Assembly (NCBI GenBank): GCA_934098525.1
Contig: CAKONZ010000003.1
Location: 69,579 to 133,578, forward strand
DNA length: 64,000 nt
Source of the DNA: an uncultured Bacilli bacterium
GTDB taxonomy: Bacteria > Bacillota_I > Bacilli_A > RF39 > UBA660
Reading direction: 5' to 3'
The notes under the pieces are model-generated. The model ran no database searches and was not told the origin of the DNA. It saw only the letters and a list, made by a program, of their open reading frames with translations. Shown here one piece after another: positions 62,430 to 64,000 of this stretch (position 1 is its first letter; each line of letters starts with the position of its first letter). Made by a program: the position numbers and the translations under genes.

Positions 62430-63972
62430 TAAGCGTTGCTTTATCTACTAAGTTTAACTGGTTAATTTTTTTAAACTGACTATAATAGGCCAAACCGCCA
62501 AAACTATCTTTGTTGGTTTCTAGTTTAATATTTAATTTTTTACAAGTTTCTTTTACTAAATTCATTATTTTTCCTTGTGTAATAGGTTCTACAAATACTT
62601 GATTTGGATTATAGCTTATCAAATCTGCTATTGTAGCAACATTTTCATATGGTAAATCAATTATTTTTTTTACAATATCATATATCGTTGTGTTCAAATA
62701 TCCATCATTGTTTCCTATAACTTCTTCAATAATTATTTTCAATCTTTCGTCAGTTATTTTATCATCAAAATTATCATTGTTTAAATCATTTCTTGTTTCT
62801 GAATATAAAACACCATTTTCCATATCTTTTTTAAAATTGGGATAGTATAAATCATCTAATATATCCTTATTTTCAGTTAAACATTTTTTAATACATTCGA
62901 TAGCAAATTCTTTTGTACCACTTGGTTCAGGAATATATGGTCTTTTTCCAAATCTTTCTTCATATAACTTACAATATTTATCAAATTCTTTTTCTTCACC
63001 TGATAACTCTGGTGTTGGAGTATTTATAAACATTTCCATATATGATTTTACTTTATCATCACTAACTTTTATATATATTGTATTTTGAGGTAATCCCATT
63101 ATAGTACTTTCATCAAATTTTGATTTGATTTTAATACCTTGCTCTTCTAATTTTTTGAAAGTATCTATAGAAATAGATAATACTTTATCTGTATCCACAT
63201 CAACTAATTGGGATATAGTAAATTCGGTTCCATTAGGCAGCGATTTTATTTTTTCTACAAGTAAGTTTATTGTATCATTATCATTTGTTACCTCTATAAC
63301 ATTTGCATTAATGATTAATTCTTTTATTTCGTTCATAAAGTTTTTACAAAATTCTCCTATTTCACCTACAACTTGCCCATCAATTGAAATTATTAATTTA
63401 CCATATTTAATGGTAATTGTTCTAGCACCACCACCGACAAGACTATTATTTAACATAAATTTTTTGTTTTGTGATAATGAATATTTTATTAAAACTTCAA
63501 GATTTTTATTTATAAATTCTTTAATCTTTTTCAATACATCAAAATTAATTCTATATTCCTTATTTTCTATTTTTATAGAATATTTTTCAATATCCAAAAT
63601 CTCAATATCAATTCTATTAGTGTGATAATTAGGATGTGTCATTGGCAAAACTGAACCACTTTTAAGTTTAATTGAAAAATCATTTGATGGAGAAATAAAC
63701 TCTTCCATTTGGTATAAATCTTCTTGACAATGTTTTAGCTGGTCATATTCCTTTTTTGTAATAGTAATTTTATCATCATTTATTACATAAAAATTATCAT
63801 TAAATATTTTTTTAAATTCTTCATCTTCTTTTTGCCATTTTTCTTTTAATATAATTTGTTCTTCTTCTGGTTTCCCATCAAGTTCTTCTTTTTCTATTTC
63901 AAGTATCTTATTATCTATACTATTAGTATAAGAGTCAATATCATTAATATCTAAATTATTATTTTCTTGCAT
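62407..63972 (-). CDS. Hypothetical protein (at least 521 aa; frame stays open upstream of the ATG to the window edge)
   Basis: ORF; no recognisable motif; overlaps downstream gene by 23 nt. Confidence 0.45.
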   Translation of the reverse strand: MQENNNLDINDIDSYTNSIDNKILEIEKEELDGKPEEEQIILKEKWQKEDEEFKKIFNDNFYVINDDKITITKKEYDQLKHCQEDLYQMEEFISPSNDFSIKLKSGSVLPMTHPNYHTNRIDIEILDIEKYSIKIENKEYRINFDVLKKIKEFINKNLEVLIKYSLSQNKKFMLNNSLVGGGARTITIKYGKLIISIDGQVVGEIGEFCKNFMNEIKELIINANVIEVTNDNDTINLLVEKIKSLPNGTEFTISQLVDVDTDKVLSISIDTFKKLEEQGIKIKSKFDESTIMGLPQNTIYIKVSDDKVKSYMEMFINTPTPELSGEEKEFDKYCKLYEERFGKRPYIPEPSGTKEFAIECIKKCLTENKDILDDLYYPNFKKDMENGVLYSETRNDLNNDNFDDKITDERLKIIIEEVIGNNDGYLNTTIYDIVKKIIDLPYENVATIADLISYNPNQVFVEPITQGKIMNLVKETCKKLNIKLETNKDSFGGLAYYSQFKKINQLNLVDKATLNGDEKNV

Positions 63973-64000
63973 AGATATTTCTAAACTCTTTAGATTTTTA

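Noticed and set aside
1-64000. Alternative genetic code (TGA=Trp, Mollicutes-like) because of the very low GC
   Set aside because: tRNA-Trp carries anticodon CCA and conserved proteins translate full-length with the standard code.

Overview
Low-GC Firmicutes-type chromosome segment using the standard genetic code (tRNA-Trp has anticodon CCA). Spore-related genes (YjcZ-like, SleB/CwlJ-like, SpoVB/SpoVE-like, LysM amidase) suggest a spore-forming host. Positions 1-13.6 kb hold the conserved ribosomal-protein operon rplC...rplQ, with no rpmD/L30 gene, a zinc-ribbon type-Z S14, and an unlisted rpmJ. Next come housekeeping genes: SDR oxidoreductase, truA, rplM-rpsI, a heterodimeric ABC exporter pair, T-box-controlled aspS, an RpoD-like sigma factor, a LiaF-like/DUF4097 pair, a LysM amidase, rnc, gmk, smc, dut, def, a SEDS glycosyltransferase and comEA-comEC. 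A standalone Abi_2 (AbiD/F-like) gene sits between the ABC exporter and htrA. From about 42.7 kb the content becomes accessory and poorly characterised: orphan hypotheticals, an XRE regulator broken by an in-frame stop, a PflX radical-SAM gene, a MOP flippase, GT4, ZIP and DUF368 transporters, and a Ca-type P-type ATPase. The ATPase's 3' end is duplicated as a decayed fragment flanking an APH-family kinase gene. The most interesting locus is at 57-64 kb on the minus strand. It holds a collagen-like (GPT)n protein with a BclA-like C-terminal domain and no in-frame start codon, translationally coupled to a GT2-TPR glycosyltransferase. A tight four-gene block of unknown proteins lies upstream, including an HExxH metallopeptidase-like protein and a multi-TM protein. 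No CRISPR arrays, transposases or integrases were seen.
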